Below the pieces are notes generated by a model. It saw only the letters and a list, made by a program, of their open reading frames with translations. It was not told the DNA's origin and did not search any database. The position numbers were made by a program, and so were the translations under genes. From Ptychomitrium polyphyllum (lineage: Eukaryota), in contig OZ316775.1 of NCBI GenBank assembly GCA_973851085.1, positions 7,688,001-7,752,000 of the forward strand: 64,000 nucleotides of DNA. The letters are read 5' to 3'. This document shows, piece after piece, positions 37,862-52,100 of the stretch; the first letter of the stretch is position 1; the number at the start of each line of letters is the position of its first letter.

Positions 37862-40800
37862 TCAACTATCTTCACTAAGCAAACTTGCGACCAAGGCATC
37901 TGCTGTCAGGCCTGTGCTGCTGACAACACTAGGGACAATGTTCTCAGAAGCAATGGTTCGGACAAACTCCTTGAGTTCTGTGAAACTGCAGTGTTCGCTA
38001 TATGGCACTTCGTACCTGCCAAGGTAAGTTCAAAAAAATCAGATGAAAGTTTACTCAAGGTCCAAACTTGTACACAGCAGGCACCTCTTCTGCAGAGTCT
38101 AGTGAATCAAGAGAAAAGAGTGTCGGGATGTAAACATCCACTACGTCTTCAACATCCAAGGTAATCATTAACATTACAACACAAAGGATGCGAACAAGGA
38201 CTAAAAAACACTTTGCTGATGATTGCGGCAAGGTGAAAGTGGAACATACAACTGTAGATGTCAGGGTGTGACAACAAACCGGATTATACTGCCTTGTTGA
38301 TATCGTCGACCAGGGCGACCCTGAACACGTTTCTTGTCCTTCCCGAAGCTCCAGCCTGTTGGTGAGAATGCAACGATCGAATTATATCGTCCCTGAAAAT
38401 TGAATAAGACACTGCATTATAATGTGATTTACCAGATCAAGCGCTCAAGGAAACGATAAGAAACTCAAACGAATCTCATAATGATCGATTATTGTAATTT
38501 ACATGCAGAACACATTGCTTCAAACCCAAGTAACTAATTGTCAGCCAAAAAGAGACTATTTATTAGCGTAAAAAATAACAGAATTACATGGTAATGGCGA
38601 GAGATGGAGCCCATGCGTTTGAAGCTGGTGATGCTCCACAATGGCACCACGTGAATATGGCTCTCCTGGTCTTTAGTAGTCAACCATCTCTTGTCTTCGT
38701 CAGCCAGATCCATACAGCCTAGCAATCGCTGCTTTGCAGCTCCGACATAGACGTACTTCTGTAATGCTTTTCCAACCTCAAGAAATATTCGCTCTTTGCC
38801 TGTTAATCATCATTTTCATATCCCTAGTATGTTAGAATCGTCGAGTTGCGATTTAGAAAACAGCAACTTTGCTCTATAGACTAAATCAACAGGTCTGAAA
38901 GAACGCCTCATGAAAACTTGACTTGGTGTTGAGTAAGAAGAGTTGAAGATCAACTACAGCAGTATAGAATAAGCCTCCGTTTTAATAAAGACAGCTCTGT
39001 TTAAGCAATGAATAAACAGGACACATGACAGTTCAAAAGCTTACCGATCATATAAGTGCCTATAAGGAAAAGAGTTCTAGTATTAAAAGCCTCTGCTTGA
39101 ATCGCATCGACCACAAATTGTATAACCGAATCTTGCTTCGGAAAATCGTACTGCGTGACAAAAGAATATATTAAACCATCTCAACAAACACAATTAAACA
39201 ACGCCAGTTCTCACAACATAAACACGAAACCTCCCTTTCCTTTCCTACCCTCGTCTGCCTGCGAGTGGTAAGATAAATCACAATAAAGGGAAAGGACCCT
39301 GCTACTGTTAAGTTGTAAAGAGAAAGTGATATCAAAGCTCAGCTGATGAAGCTCCTGTCTAATTGTGAAGGTGTCATAAATGCAAAATGGAACGTCTTCT
39401 GAAGGCAACTGGAAAACAAGAGCCCGGAACTTCATTCTAACCTGGGGATCGCAGTAGGTAGTGTCAAGAATGAGGGTCGTTATTCGGCATGCCTTCAGAA
39501 CCTCATTAGAAGCCATGTCTGAACAGAAGCGAAAATCTCCAGTATGTAACACAGCCTTCAAACCATCCAAAACCAAGATACAATTTATCAGATGTTCGAT
39601 TCAAGCATAAACTAGACGTGCAGTGCATGAAATACTGGATGCCAGAAAATAAAACCTCACTGAAGTTTGCAGATTCATCCAACTTCAAATGTCAAATGGC
39701 TTCATAGTCAGGGCATGTTTACCACAGAATCTTACCTTACCGTTGGGTGGCTCAAAGAGAATCATTACTGATCCTGGGCAGTGATTAGCATCTATAAACG
39801 TCACTCGGACACCATCTATGAGAACAGTTTCATTGAGAGGCAGAGCTTGAATGCGGTCCAAGGGTATTCCAATGCGAAGGTTGATAAGGCGCGCTGTAAT
39901 TGATGAGCAGAATATTTTTCCGTGTCGAAAACCCCGTGTAAGCCCTTGGTAGTCTGCACCACTCATTATTTTATCAATACAAGTCAAATTTACATCTCTA
40001 ACAGTTGTCTCCGTTCAATCAATTAAGCTCCACATTATTTTAATCAAATCACACTCTAGCACTCCTTTTCGATTTCAGGACTATCTATTCAGCCTTGAGA
40101 AGGAATCTGCTCTAAGAATAAGGTTTAGACCCATCAGGACTGGACATTATCATATAGATTATTTGTTGTTTGTTCCCAAGTACAAAGATCATGTCGGATA
40201 AAAATCAAGATGCTGACGGCAAAAGGGTTATCATAAAGGTTTGCAGAGGTTTTGTTACAATGCGATTTCATGTGATAATAATGCTAAAGCAAAGTGTGCA
40301 GAAATGCTTACGGTCAGTGTGGAAATGCGTAAGAAACCAGTTAGTGCAGTTGCCAGTTGTGTACTTGAAAGCATCCTGCAGGACAAAACTCAAATATTCA
40401 CTAACTTGTAAAGTAATATCAGAGTAATTGCGGCAACTACTTCAATTCCAAAGAGATTACAAGCATGATAAACCATTTGTATACAAATCGGCTTGTATCC
40501 ATTACGACTATGTTAGTAACAAGCGAACTTACGAACTTCAAGCCAATGTAAAGGGCAAGGGCATATTCTACCACTCTGAAAGAGGTGCCAGGAATACACA
40601 TCCACGTTGGAATGTCACTAGTCCCACCACTTCTTAAATTTCTACCAGCAGGAATAGTCCTTTGACCCCTGTTTCTCACCGAACCTCCTGCAGTGCTAGT
40701 GGAACCTGGAGCTTTTGGACCTGCAAAAATATTACGGTCTGGAGCTGGGACGCGCTGCCCAGTATTTGGAGGAGGGATGAAGAAATCGGCGACGAATTTT

Positions 40801-43470
40801 TTGGAACCTAGCAAGACAGCACGTGGAATTGAATACATGAAAGTATAAAAGAGAGGTATCTAATAAAAAACTCAGAAACGTGATCATCCTTGTCTTCGCA
40901 ACTAATGGCTCATCGATGCATTGGTAAAAGAAGCAAAGACACCTGAAGTTGAAGAGTGTGAAGGGGCTGTCAAATGTCATTTGAGCATCAAGGAACACGA
41001 CGCAGAATAAAGAACTGAACGTCAGCAGAGGAAATTGCATGGCTGGAAATACAACCCAACTGTGGCTAGTGTGCTAATGCTACAATTTCAAAAACTACAA
41101 GACTCTGCTTGATTCAATTGACATAAATGTAGGTACTGGTGATAGTAATATTACCTTGTAATGTGTCAACAGAAGAACTGATAAGAACTGAATCTGAGAG
41201 CCTTTGACCCTCTTGCATTGCCGCTACCTGTTGTGCTGTGGGGGCTGGTTTTCCTAATTCTTGAATTGCACAAACTATCTTTCTCCTTGGTCCAAGTGCT
41301 GTAATTCCCAGTGAGCTAAGATCCTGCATCACAGATGATGATAATCAAAGAGCTCGATATCAAACTAATAAGGATAACTGAACGCCTAAAGCTGGGGATC
41401 CAACACTACAACATATGTGATAATTTGTCAGCAGCCAACCAATATGAACCTAAAACACGGAATTGTATCCAGCTCAGAAATGTAATACGAGGGACCAATA
41501 AGAATGAATGCAGCTCGCATGTATCCGTGGCATCATGTTACCTAAGAGGGAAGTGAATAAGCCCATACCTCCTCAGTGAGCCACTTTAAAGTATCCCAAT
41601 CAATCTCCTCTTTCACAAAGATGTCCACATACTTCCTCAGGTTCAAATTGGTTAACCACGTAACAACTGGACCCACGTCCGGTCTGCCTGATGCCTGGGC
41701 CACTTCAGCTCCCAGAGGTTCAGCGACGTCACCTGGGCGTTCTCCATAAGTCTTATCTAAACAGGCGTTCGTGTGCTCTTCTTTCTGTGCATTGGATAAG
41801 TCATCTATGCTATGCCCACAAACCGGACACACAAGAATCTCCATTGTTACATTTTTTTGACTAGTCAGCAGCTGTGACATTCCAGCCGTTTCGGCGCTTT
41901 CAGTATGACGGCCTATATAATCTCCAGAGTTCGTCCTAAGGCACGGCACATTGTCTTCTTCTAGGCAGGCACTTGTATGCTCTTCTCTCTGTGCAGTGGT
42001 TAGTTCTTCTATGCAAAGCCCACAGACAGGGCAATCAAGAGTGTCGATTATAACCATTCGTTGGCTACTCATCTGCTGTACACATTCAGTCGCTTCGGCA
42101 TTATCAGCTTCACAACCTAAACATTCCTCAGGATTCGTTCTCTCATACGGCACATAGTCTTTTCCCAAGCAATCGCTGACGTGCTGCTCTCTGTCACTGA
42201 CGATTAGGTCAACTAACTCAATTCTACAAACTGGGCACTTGAAAAGATCCATGCTTTCATTTTTCTCTTCATTGAAATGAAATCCTTCATAGTCCAACTC
42301 TGCCTCATCAACTAATGCTCGCATTGCTGTGCCTGGAGTCTCCATCTCTTCAACATCTCCATCGCATTCAATCCCTTTGTCAACTATGGAGTTTGTAATG
42401 TCTGTGGGAACTCGATCCGTTCTGTTGTTCCCTAACAAGATGTCATATATATTATGCCTATGTTTGGGTCGATTCTCACTGGTCTTCTTCCCAATACCTA
42501 CCGCAGCTCCACTCAGCACCCCTGAAGATTGACCAAATTCCAGCCCAATCCGTGCCTCAGCCTGAGTACAGATAATCATGCTTTCATCAGCTTCAGTCCC
42601 CAGATCAATTCTGATACCTTCGTCACACTCAAAACTCAAAGAGTCTAGCCCAGCACCTCCATCAGTTTGTTCATATCTTTGAATATCAACCTCTTTCGGA
42701 ACCACCGCAGTAATCTTGATTTTCTTCGCAATCCATCCAGCGTCATGAATGATAGATTCGGTTTTTCTCTTTGAATCAAATTTTAAAACGTTTTCACTCT
42801 GCCCCTGCTGCTCAGTTTGATCGAAAGGAAGCGTGCCAACTATACGCCTATTTGTGCTTTTGTGCCCATTATTTTCCTCGAAACCTGGAGTTCCAAGTGA
42901 CGAAAATTTCCCACATTTCTCTGACCTAGAATTGTTCCCATTCTCGTCCCCTTCTACCACCACAACAGTGTTACTGACGCCCCTTCCAATTTTGGCACGC
43001 CCTGGAGACCTCGAATTGTGATCTTTCAGCACTCTTTTGTCCGTCTCTTTAGCCTCCCTACAACGACGCTCTCTATCTTTCAAAACTATACCTTCAGAAC
43101 CTGTAAAAGTGGCTGCGCTTTCCAGCACGAATTTCGCAACTGCATCACAATGTATCTTCAATTCCGTCCCGTGGCCGGCCCTGTCTTCCAAATGAGCTGC
43201 GTCTCCAATTTCAAACCCCTCTCTTCGCTTCTTCTCCAACCTCAAATTCTTTCTCGCAACTTTCTTCTTGCCATTGTTCTTCACAACGCAGCTCCGCAGT
43301 GCCAGTGTCTGATTAAAAAACGCTAGCGAAGCTCCTGGAGCCTGAAAGTCATCATCGCTGTCGCAAAGCTGAGCTCCGTCTTCCTCCAACGCCATCGCCA
43401 AGGCCAGGTCCGCGTCGACTTCAGCATCCCACGCACTCTGCGTGTACTTTATCTTCATCCTGTCTATCAT
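37862..43470 (-). CDS. SNM1: DNA cross-link repair nuclease SNM1/PSO2 (DCLRE1A-like) with 3 UBZ-like fingers, SAM domain, metallo-beta-lactamase and beta-CASP domains
   Basis: Exon 1 41569..43470 carries three CPVC..H..CL fingers and the SAM start (WLTNLNLRKYVDIFVKEEIDWDTLKWLTEE|DLSSLGITALGPRRKI). Then IPGTSFRV|DAF..WFLTHFHTD|HYQGL, DANHCPGSVM, LHTGDFR, LILDTTYC, GTYMIGKE, FSPTGW, YEVPYSEHCSFTELKEFV; TGA at 37862-37864. The start may be ATG 43470 or 43458. Confidence 0.93.
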
Positions 43471-46400
43471 CAACTACAGCACCAAAACTCAACCTCCTCT
43501 CAACCAACACTAAGCACCGCCTAGAAACACCAAACCATACCAGTTCCAACCCTGCACCAGGCATTTCCAACTAAATACCATAACCAAGAACAGCGTTGCA
43601 GAAAGCGAGAAAACAAAATGAGCTCTCCATACTCTCTAAACCAAAACAGCTACGCCAGCCTCCCAGTGGAATGAAACCGCGGTGCAGTGTTGGTGGCCGT
43701 GCGTGAAACCCTAAGTCACGCTCCATCCGCGGCATTTGTAACCCCAACACTACCACGGCATAGGCGAAGCAGAAACGCAGCCAATGAGAATGAGAAGGTG
43801 CAGATTGAAACGTCTGTAAGCTAGCGACACAAACGCGAGAGGAGAAAGAAGGATCAAGCCGTGAGAGCGGTGGCCATGGCGATGGCGAGGGGAGAGGAGG
43901 GAGCATGAAGGGAGCGAAGCGTGAAGGGGAATCCAAAGCAAGTGCAACCTCGAGGAGCGCAAGTTTGAAACCCCAGAGGCCGGATTCAAGTGCCATTGTG
44001 GAGGGAAATCTAGGCCATGGTTCACAGCGTCTAGCTTCCATAATCGACAGGGACATGTTTGTGCCCAGATTCTAGCAATTCTGATGATTTCTCAAAAGGA
44101 TGTTCTATTAACATTTTAGGCAAGTACTGGAAGGGTACATTCTTGTCGCGGTAATCAGCAGATAGGCTAGAATCTTGAAATCGAGCAATCAGCAGATAGG
44201 CTAAGATTCTAGGTCCTAATCGGTCCTTGTGTATTTTGGTATAAAAAGTTAATAAATAAGATCTTAATTTTATGAATTGTATTTTTTGTTTTGTTGAAAT
44301 AAAGATTTCAATTTTGACAACGGTATTATCACCTAATACACGTCTAATATTGGTTTTCACTTCCTTAGCTTCCATTTTTATGTAGAAATTATTTGCTTGT
44401 ATAAACCAATGCAAAATACATATATTTTTAAAATTTCAATTTCATGTGGTAATCCTTACATAAATATTATTCTTTTTATATAATTATTTTTAGGTTACAC
44501 CAATTATGTTTATTCTTCCATGTTTTTATCTTTCAAGCAAAAATATGTTTTTAATTTTAATATTTTTTTAATTTTTAATTTTTAAATTTACTTTATTTTA
44601 TACAATTCTTATTTTTATCATTTTATATAGGCCTACCATTGATTAATATGTTTATTTTAAGAATCTCTTCATAATTCATGAATCACTTTAAAAAAAATAA
44701 AAAATATTGATGTGTACCAAAATTTTATGAATAGGTTTCAATTGTTGAATTATCAATTGTTATATAAAAAGCTTGATGTAGAGCTAAATTTTCACTCAAA
44801 TAAAGAAATCCAAGAAAACAAATCGTAGAGATATTTTTTTGAAAAGAGTCAGATTGGTTGTAATTTAACAATTAAGGTTACAAATAAAAACCAAATAAAC
44901 TACAAATTGGAATTTAAATGATTATTGCATTTTTTCTATAGATACAGTTAATGTTTGCTTTACAATTTTAGAATGAATTGTACTTCTATTGAAAGTTTAC
45001 TTTATCAGCTGCTAAATTTCTCAATACCATATTTTATTACTAATTATGCTCTAATAAATGGTTTGAATACTTTTAATATATTTCATTAAGCTTTTATTTT
45101 CAATGGCTTTGAATTACTATTAGAAAAATTAAAGTCACGTGATAATCAAGCAATCTCTATTAATTAAATGTGTACATAATTTCAATCAAAGACTATAATT
45201 TGGTATAATTTTAAATAAGGCTTTTTAGCCAATTCATTAATTAATATTTTATTATTACTTCAATAATGTCCATGGTCTAGTGTAAAGAATTTTTTTTAAA
45301 TGTTTATTGCTTATAATCTAAATTGTTTTTTTTACTTCAATTCATATTTATTGCTTTTAGTTTTTAGACTAAATACTTCAATATCAAAATTATTGGAAAA
45401 AATTCAATTTTAATATAAAATTTTATACTTATTCTAATTTTAAAAATAAAAATTTGCTTACTAAAATATTACTTGTTAAGAGGATTCATCAAAAAGAATA
45501 TACATTTTATTCATGTGTTCAAGGAAGAAAACCTTTTTTTCTTACACTTGTACTCTTACAAAAACAACTTCTACCTTTTTGCAAGTATATGACTTTTTTT
45601 CTCCTATTTTTTTACTTAATTTCCCTTTTATTTTAATTTGCATTCACATTATCACTAAAATATCTAGTTTTAATGCCTTTAACCTTTTTTTATATCAAAA
45701 AAGAAGAAAGTTAATAAAAAACCAAAATTAATGGTTTATATTTTTTCATTCAATATATGCACCTTTTATCTTTTTTTATGTGTTTGCCACATTTTTCTTG
45801 CAATCTCCAACCAAATGAATAGATTTTGTGCAATAATTATAAATACCAAGCTTTTGGTATCATAATCTTGTGATGTATTTAATTATATAGTTTAAAACTT
45901 AGCTAGTATTTGTTATTTTACAACTTTTGATTTATTATATTTAGAAAGGAATATTAAAAAAATAAAATAGTTGAGTAAAAAAGATTGTGATGAAACTACG
46001 GTTTTAATTGTCTTAATGATGAAACTGCATTTTATATTAACTCATAATGAAAAGATTGGTTGACAATAATATTTTTTTGCTTGCCAGTCTTGCTAGCAAT
46101 ACCAAATTGAATACCACCGTTCTATTCAATAAATTTTGATAAAAATATAATTTAAAAGGTTTAGCAATAAAGAATTTATTTAATTAACCAAGTGCATGAC
46201 TATATATTTAATTTTGCCACAATAATGATACTGTTCTTTACTTGTTTCTTATTGAACTTCAATTTTAATTTTATTTTTAATTTTATTTTTAATTTTAATT
46301 TCTTTTCCTACTTTGAATTTGTAAGGCTTGATTTTGTCTTCTTTTGTGATTTGAATCTAGAAAGTTCAAGCAAAGGAAAGAAAAATAAAATAAAAATAAA

Positions 46401-47202
46401 AATTTAAGTTTAAATTGTTTTTATTTGAAAATGTGGATAGATAAGAGCTTAATGAAGGAGTTAGGGGCTGATGTGGAGAGATAAAAGCTAATGTGGAAAG
46501 TTAAAGAATGAATATGGTGGTTTGATAACTATTTTTTTTTTTTTCTTGGCCTTTTTCACTTAATATAAAAAATAATCCTTTCTTTGGTTAAATTTTATTA
46601 TACATTTTTAAATTTGAATTGATTTTTTTTCGATTCTTTTTTTTTTTGAAAGGCTTTTAAAAAAGCCATTATATGTTCCATTTAGGATTAATTTATGACC
46701 ATGGTTTTAATTTGAAGAAAGTTGGATGAGCTGCTTTAAATTTCTAAAACCATGTATTTCAAATACTTATATCTTTGTATTTAAACAATTTTTGATGATA
46801 AAATTTATTGGGTAGGGTTTTGATTACTTTTAAATGATGGTATAAAATTTTAGAGATTAAAAAAAATTTATAGTAAAAGGTACAAGAAAAAATATAATTA
46901 GTACTTTAAAATGCAATGCATAAGAAAGTTTAAGGGAGCACATTTTGGTTGATAGAAGGAATTAAAAAAACAATTAAAGTTTGAAATTTAACAAATTTGT
47001 AATAGACAAGATAAGTAAGATGCATAATTTCCAATTTCAAGTCTTAATTCAAAAATGTGAAGGAGATATAAAACTAGAAGTGGTAAGGGTTTAAATTCTA
47101 TATTAATGAAGAGAAAATTGTATTATGCCATCTTGTCATTTTGTTGAATAATTAATAGTAACCAGAGGTTTAATGCTTCTTATGGCAAGGCTCTTTTATT
47201 AC

Positions 47203-47900
47203 AACAGTGGACAAAGTAACAACAAGACAAGGCTTCAAGACTCTAAGATATGATATATAGTATTTTCAAAGTATATTAAAAAAAAAATGTTATAATAAGA
47301 TATGGAAATAGGATGAAATAATCGGATCTAAACTACAAGAAATTTATTGTCAAAATTGAAGATTTATTTAATCTTAACTCTTATATGTATTAAGAGTATA
47401 AACCTTTGAAGCTTCAATTACAATGTTATATACTCAAACAACCTTAGATTATTTGCTTGGAAGCTTTCTCAACCAAGATGATTTGTTTGGAAGCTTCTTC
47501 AGCCTTTTTAAACCTTTTAAGAACCTTTTTAGAATCTTTTAATATATATGTTCTTAACATCACCTCTCCTTCTAGCTTCAAAGTCTAAGAAGAGCATGTT
47601 GTAACATGTGCCTAGAATTGTAAAAAGTCAAAAGTTTATTGCATAATATTTGCAATGTATTCCAATTGTCTTTCACAATTTTAAATGATTCATGGATCTT
47701 TGCAACTAGTGGTAGTGACCAACACATTCTATTTGAAATGAAGCATAATCTTTTATATTTTTGTTCTAAAAAATCCTTCAAACATTGATTTTGGATGATC
47801 TTCATAAACAAGATTCATTTCAAAGACAATCATTGACTACGTATTATTACATATCTTTTGACATCTTTTTGATCTAATCTGTTCTTTGTTTTGAAGCTGT
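47203..47900 (-). mobile_element. Decayed gypsy 3' end: PPT plus LTR remnant
   Basis: The minus strand reads gaagctagaaggagaggtga|TGTTAAGAAC, a PPT followed by a TG LTR start at 47559. The outer boundaries are approximate. Confidence 0.5.
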
Positions 47901-49030
47901 TGATGCAAGCTCCTTGGTTGGATTAATATCATTAGTATGGTATCTTCAACTTAACTGTTTATATCTAATATATAAAATTAGTCTCAAAAAACTATAATAA
48001 ATTCAAAATACAAAGGATTACATTCTATGTGATATATGGAACTTAAAAAAATTGTGTTATGAGAGAAGCTTGATCCCTTGTTTAAAAGCCCAAGCATCAA
48101 GAATCTTTAAAGTTATGCAATTGTTTAAGACTCAGAAAATAAGAAGCAAAAAAAAGGTGTTTCCCAAGAAATAGCTTCTAAAGAGCTAATGATTAATAAG
48201 AACTAATACAAAAACTAGAACAAGGCAGGATATAATATGATCCACAACTTGTATTGGAAAGACTAAGATATACCTTGTCTTGCCTCTTATTTATACTATG
48301 ACGCTTATATCTTCTAAAATACTTCTAAATTTTTTTTTTAAAAAGCTTACAAATGTTCTAGAAGTTTGTAGTTCACTTCTTTTTCTATCTTCATACTCTT
48401 TTTCTCATACTAAGTGTAAATAGAGTCTAAATGCATATTATTTTGTGAATTTGGTATAAATGTGAATGCATTTAGAGTTAACTGGAGAATTAATTGAAAA
48501 GACACTAAAGCGAAAAGACATAAAACATGAAGAGGCATAAATTGGAATTTTGAGATACAAGTAGAAGGAAGTAAGTCATTTTTTTTTGAACACATTAAAA
48601 AGAGTGTATATCCATAGTTTGTGGTGATCTTTTGAATAATTTTGTAATGAAAATTGTTGTTGTTTTAACAACAATATTGTATTATTATAAATTGGAAGTG
48701 TATTATATTGGAATGTAATTTGGTGTATAAACCTTGAATGCTTGGAGATATATTTTGTAAAGACTATAGACAAGAGAAATTATGATTATTGAGTTAAACA
48801 ATAATAACAAGAATTGAGATAACAATTGGAGTAATTTCTAATTCTTGCTAAAAGAAATAATGAATAAATGAAGAAGCTAGAATTATTCAAATTTCAAATC
48901 ATTGTCTTATAACCTTCTATTTGTGACCTTAATTGCAAGACTACAACTAAATTCGACTCTCCCCATATAAGAATCTCCACTAGCTATTCCTTGGGTTTCT
49001 TTAATCCTCCCAAAAAATAGTTCTACATTT

Positions 49031-49048
49031 TGGCGCCGCTGCCGGGGA
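49031..49048 (+). promoter_or_regulatory. Primer-binding site (tRNA-Asp type)
   Basis: TGGCGCCGCTGCCGGGGA, 3 nt after the 5' LTR; one mismatch from the Athila-type TGGCGCCGTTGCCGGGGA. Confidence 0.85.
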
Positions 49049-49170
49049 GAGTCCTGGTTGTAAGCAGTTATGATATAGAAGACCAAAAGATAATGATTGA
49101 AGATATATCAAGATGTTATTTAATAAATATATTATAAAAATTACGCATCTTGAATTCATGGCATTACTAA

Positions 49171-52100
49171 ATGACTGGAAAAATAACTATAAATCTATCC
49201 AATAAAGAGAAAGCTCAAAAAGAAAAAGAAGCTTGTGAAGAACGAGCAAAACGACGAGAAGACGAAAGAAAAGTAGCGTATTATTCAAATATTCGTCACA
49301 GGCAAACAAAAAATCCACCTCCTTCGCCGACCCAAGAATCAGAATTTGATACTATATCTTCACCACTTGGAAAATTTCCTCAAAAATATAAATTAATAAC
49401 CGAGTTAGAAAATATTGCACTTTTAGATACACAAATAGTATCAACTCTAGAAAGTGACTCAAAATCACCTAGTTTTGAACTAGGATCATCAAGTGCACAA
49501 AATTCTAAAATATTGACTGAACAATCACATCCTATCTATACACAATTTCAATTCGAGCCTTTTAAGGTTGACGAAGAACAAGAAGAAAAATTTGAAGATT
49601 CATCCTCGTAACGTTTAGATAAATCTTCATCTACAAAATCTTCAAATATTTCAAGACTAAAAGAAAATAATCCTTTAATTATTGCAGAAATGGCAAATCC
49701 AAGATCGTTAAATATAGCAGCTTTTCCACTTTTCAATGGAAGATCGGGCTTAGACCCTGATCTACATGTTGCCAGATTTGTAGCCGTTTGTGTGGCTAAT
49801 AAAATTCCAAAAGAAGATTACGTTCGCACATTTCCAATATCATTGGATGGAGCGGCATTTGCTTGGCTTGGTCGACAAGTGGGACTTGAAACATGGGCCG
49901 GAATGAGAGATGCTTTTGTTAATCAATATCGACCATTGGGCTTCACAGAAAGCTTGAGAGAACGATTGAAGAATATAAAGATGGGTCTAAGAGAAAGTGT
50001 AGATTCTTTTTATGGAAGAATGGATGACCTTTTAACAAGATGGACGGATCACGCCATGCCGGATTCATTTTTAACAAGTATATTTGTAAGTGGATTATAC
50101 CCACCTGAATTAAAAATGTTTGTCAAAGAAAGAAGACCAACAACATTGGCAGCTGCTTATCAGACTGCTAAATCATGGGAGGAAGCAAGAATTGATGAAG
50201 ACTATTTATCATATATAGAAATACCTACAATTCCTACCATTAAACCACAAACACAAATGACACCCGCAATGACCCAATATGGTGTGCGACCAATAGTTGA
50301 GCCTATCGTTGCAAAACAAGCTACCACAACAACTAATGCACCACCAATATATAGAACCGAAGAAATGATATTAGATTTGGCCAAGCAATTTACCGAATTA
50401 AAGGTAAATATGGCCGCTAATAAAAATAAAAGATCACCTCCTTCAAATATAAGAACCAATGTTTGGTGTACCAATTGTAATGGCCATGGTCATAGAATAG
50501 ATGAATGCCCTTCACCACCAAACCAAGACTCAAGATGTGGCTATTGTGGAGGAAAGCATCCTATAGATCAATGTTGGAATCTTCATGGAAAGAATGTGAA
50601 CCAAGTCAATGCCAATAGACCATGGGTTAATAACCCAAATAAAAGACCATTTACTAGGCCTAATGCGGGACCACCATATAGACCCAATGACGGGAGACCT
50701 AGGTGGAATGATACTTATAACCAACCTCCAATTTGGAATGGACCGCCTACTAATCCCCAAACTCAAAAATATGGACAACCACAAAAAAGGAAATATATAG
50801 TATGCTATTGATGTGGAGAAATTGGCCATTATGCCAATGAATGTCCCAATCCACAAAAAGAAGAAGGTTATGTCCCTTATTGTGGGAGGTGTCGCCAACC
50901 AGGTCATCCGGCAGAATAATGTACTGCACCAACACCAGTATTTCCACCTTCCGAAAGAGACTGGGTACAAGGTACTACAGTAAAGCTCACCGAAATTAAA
51001 GAAACGTCCAAGGATGTTAATCATATCACAAAAGAGATTCCTATTAATCGTGTAGGAACACGAAGTACTACTAAACTTCAACCTGATAATATTTTTGGGA
51101 CAAAATCGGATAGCTTTGACAAGGAAGTAATACCTACAATACCAGACAGTGTAGTACGTAATCCAACATCTATTCTCTCTCATACAAATTTACCAAATCA
51201 AGTATCATCACCAATGGTACTTCCAAAGTCTTCAACCTTAACCCTTCCTAAAGTTGGTTTTACAAAAACCAGGATGAAAAAATCTAAATTAAACAAGCAA
51301 AAATATAATCGAACAATGCAATTAGCCATGGGGTTAGAACCTTATAATATATTAAGTAATCTTGACAAAATACAACCTCATATTACAATGCGTCAATTAT
51401 TAGCCATATCACCTAAATGCCGTAGCGAATTGAGCCATTCCTTAATTCGTAAACACACAATAGAAGTAGAAGTCCATGATATATCCCTAGATCCTGGAGC
51501 ACCAACTATAAATATAATTATTAATGGATCCCTTATTCAAGGAGCACAAATTGATGGAGGATCAAGTGTCAACCTTATGAATAAAGAGACAATGGATGAA
51601 ATTGAACTCACCACAATGGTACCAATACCCATAACATTGCGTATGGCGGACCAAAGTAGAGTAAAAACCCTTAGGGGTTTTAAAACAAATACTAACCATT
51701 ATAGGTGGTATTTCTTATAAAATTGATTATATAATTTTTAACATAACCGACACAATTTCCTCATATCCCATATTATTGGGAAGACCTTGGCTATATTTGG
51801 CAGAAGCCAAAGATGATTGGGGACGAGGTACATTAACAATTGATAAAGGTAAACAAAAGATTACTCTTCCAATGTACCCTATTATCTATAGGGGAGAAAC
51901 ACAAGAAGAAGAAAGTGAATTTATTTCGGATATAGAAGATTCTTCCGGGTACGAAGTTGATGCACCAATATCAACAATTACCAAAAAGACTAAATCATAT
52001 AAAAATATAGGAATGGAAGAATATTTTACTTCATTTCATGATTCTGATGATTTTGATAAGGCCATATTATCATGGGAAAATTCAACCGTTTTCAATATTC

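Noticed and set aside
43571..44056. 161-aa ORF upstream of SNM1
   Set aside because: Falls in pyrimidine-rich promoter/5' UTR sequence with no recognisable domain; non-ATG start.
50530..51183. 217-aa minus-strand ORF
   Set aside because: Antisense shadow of the gag region.
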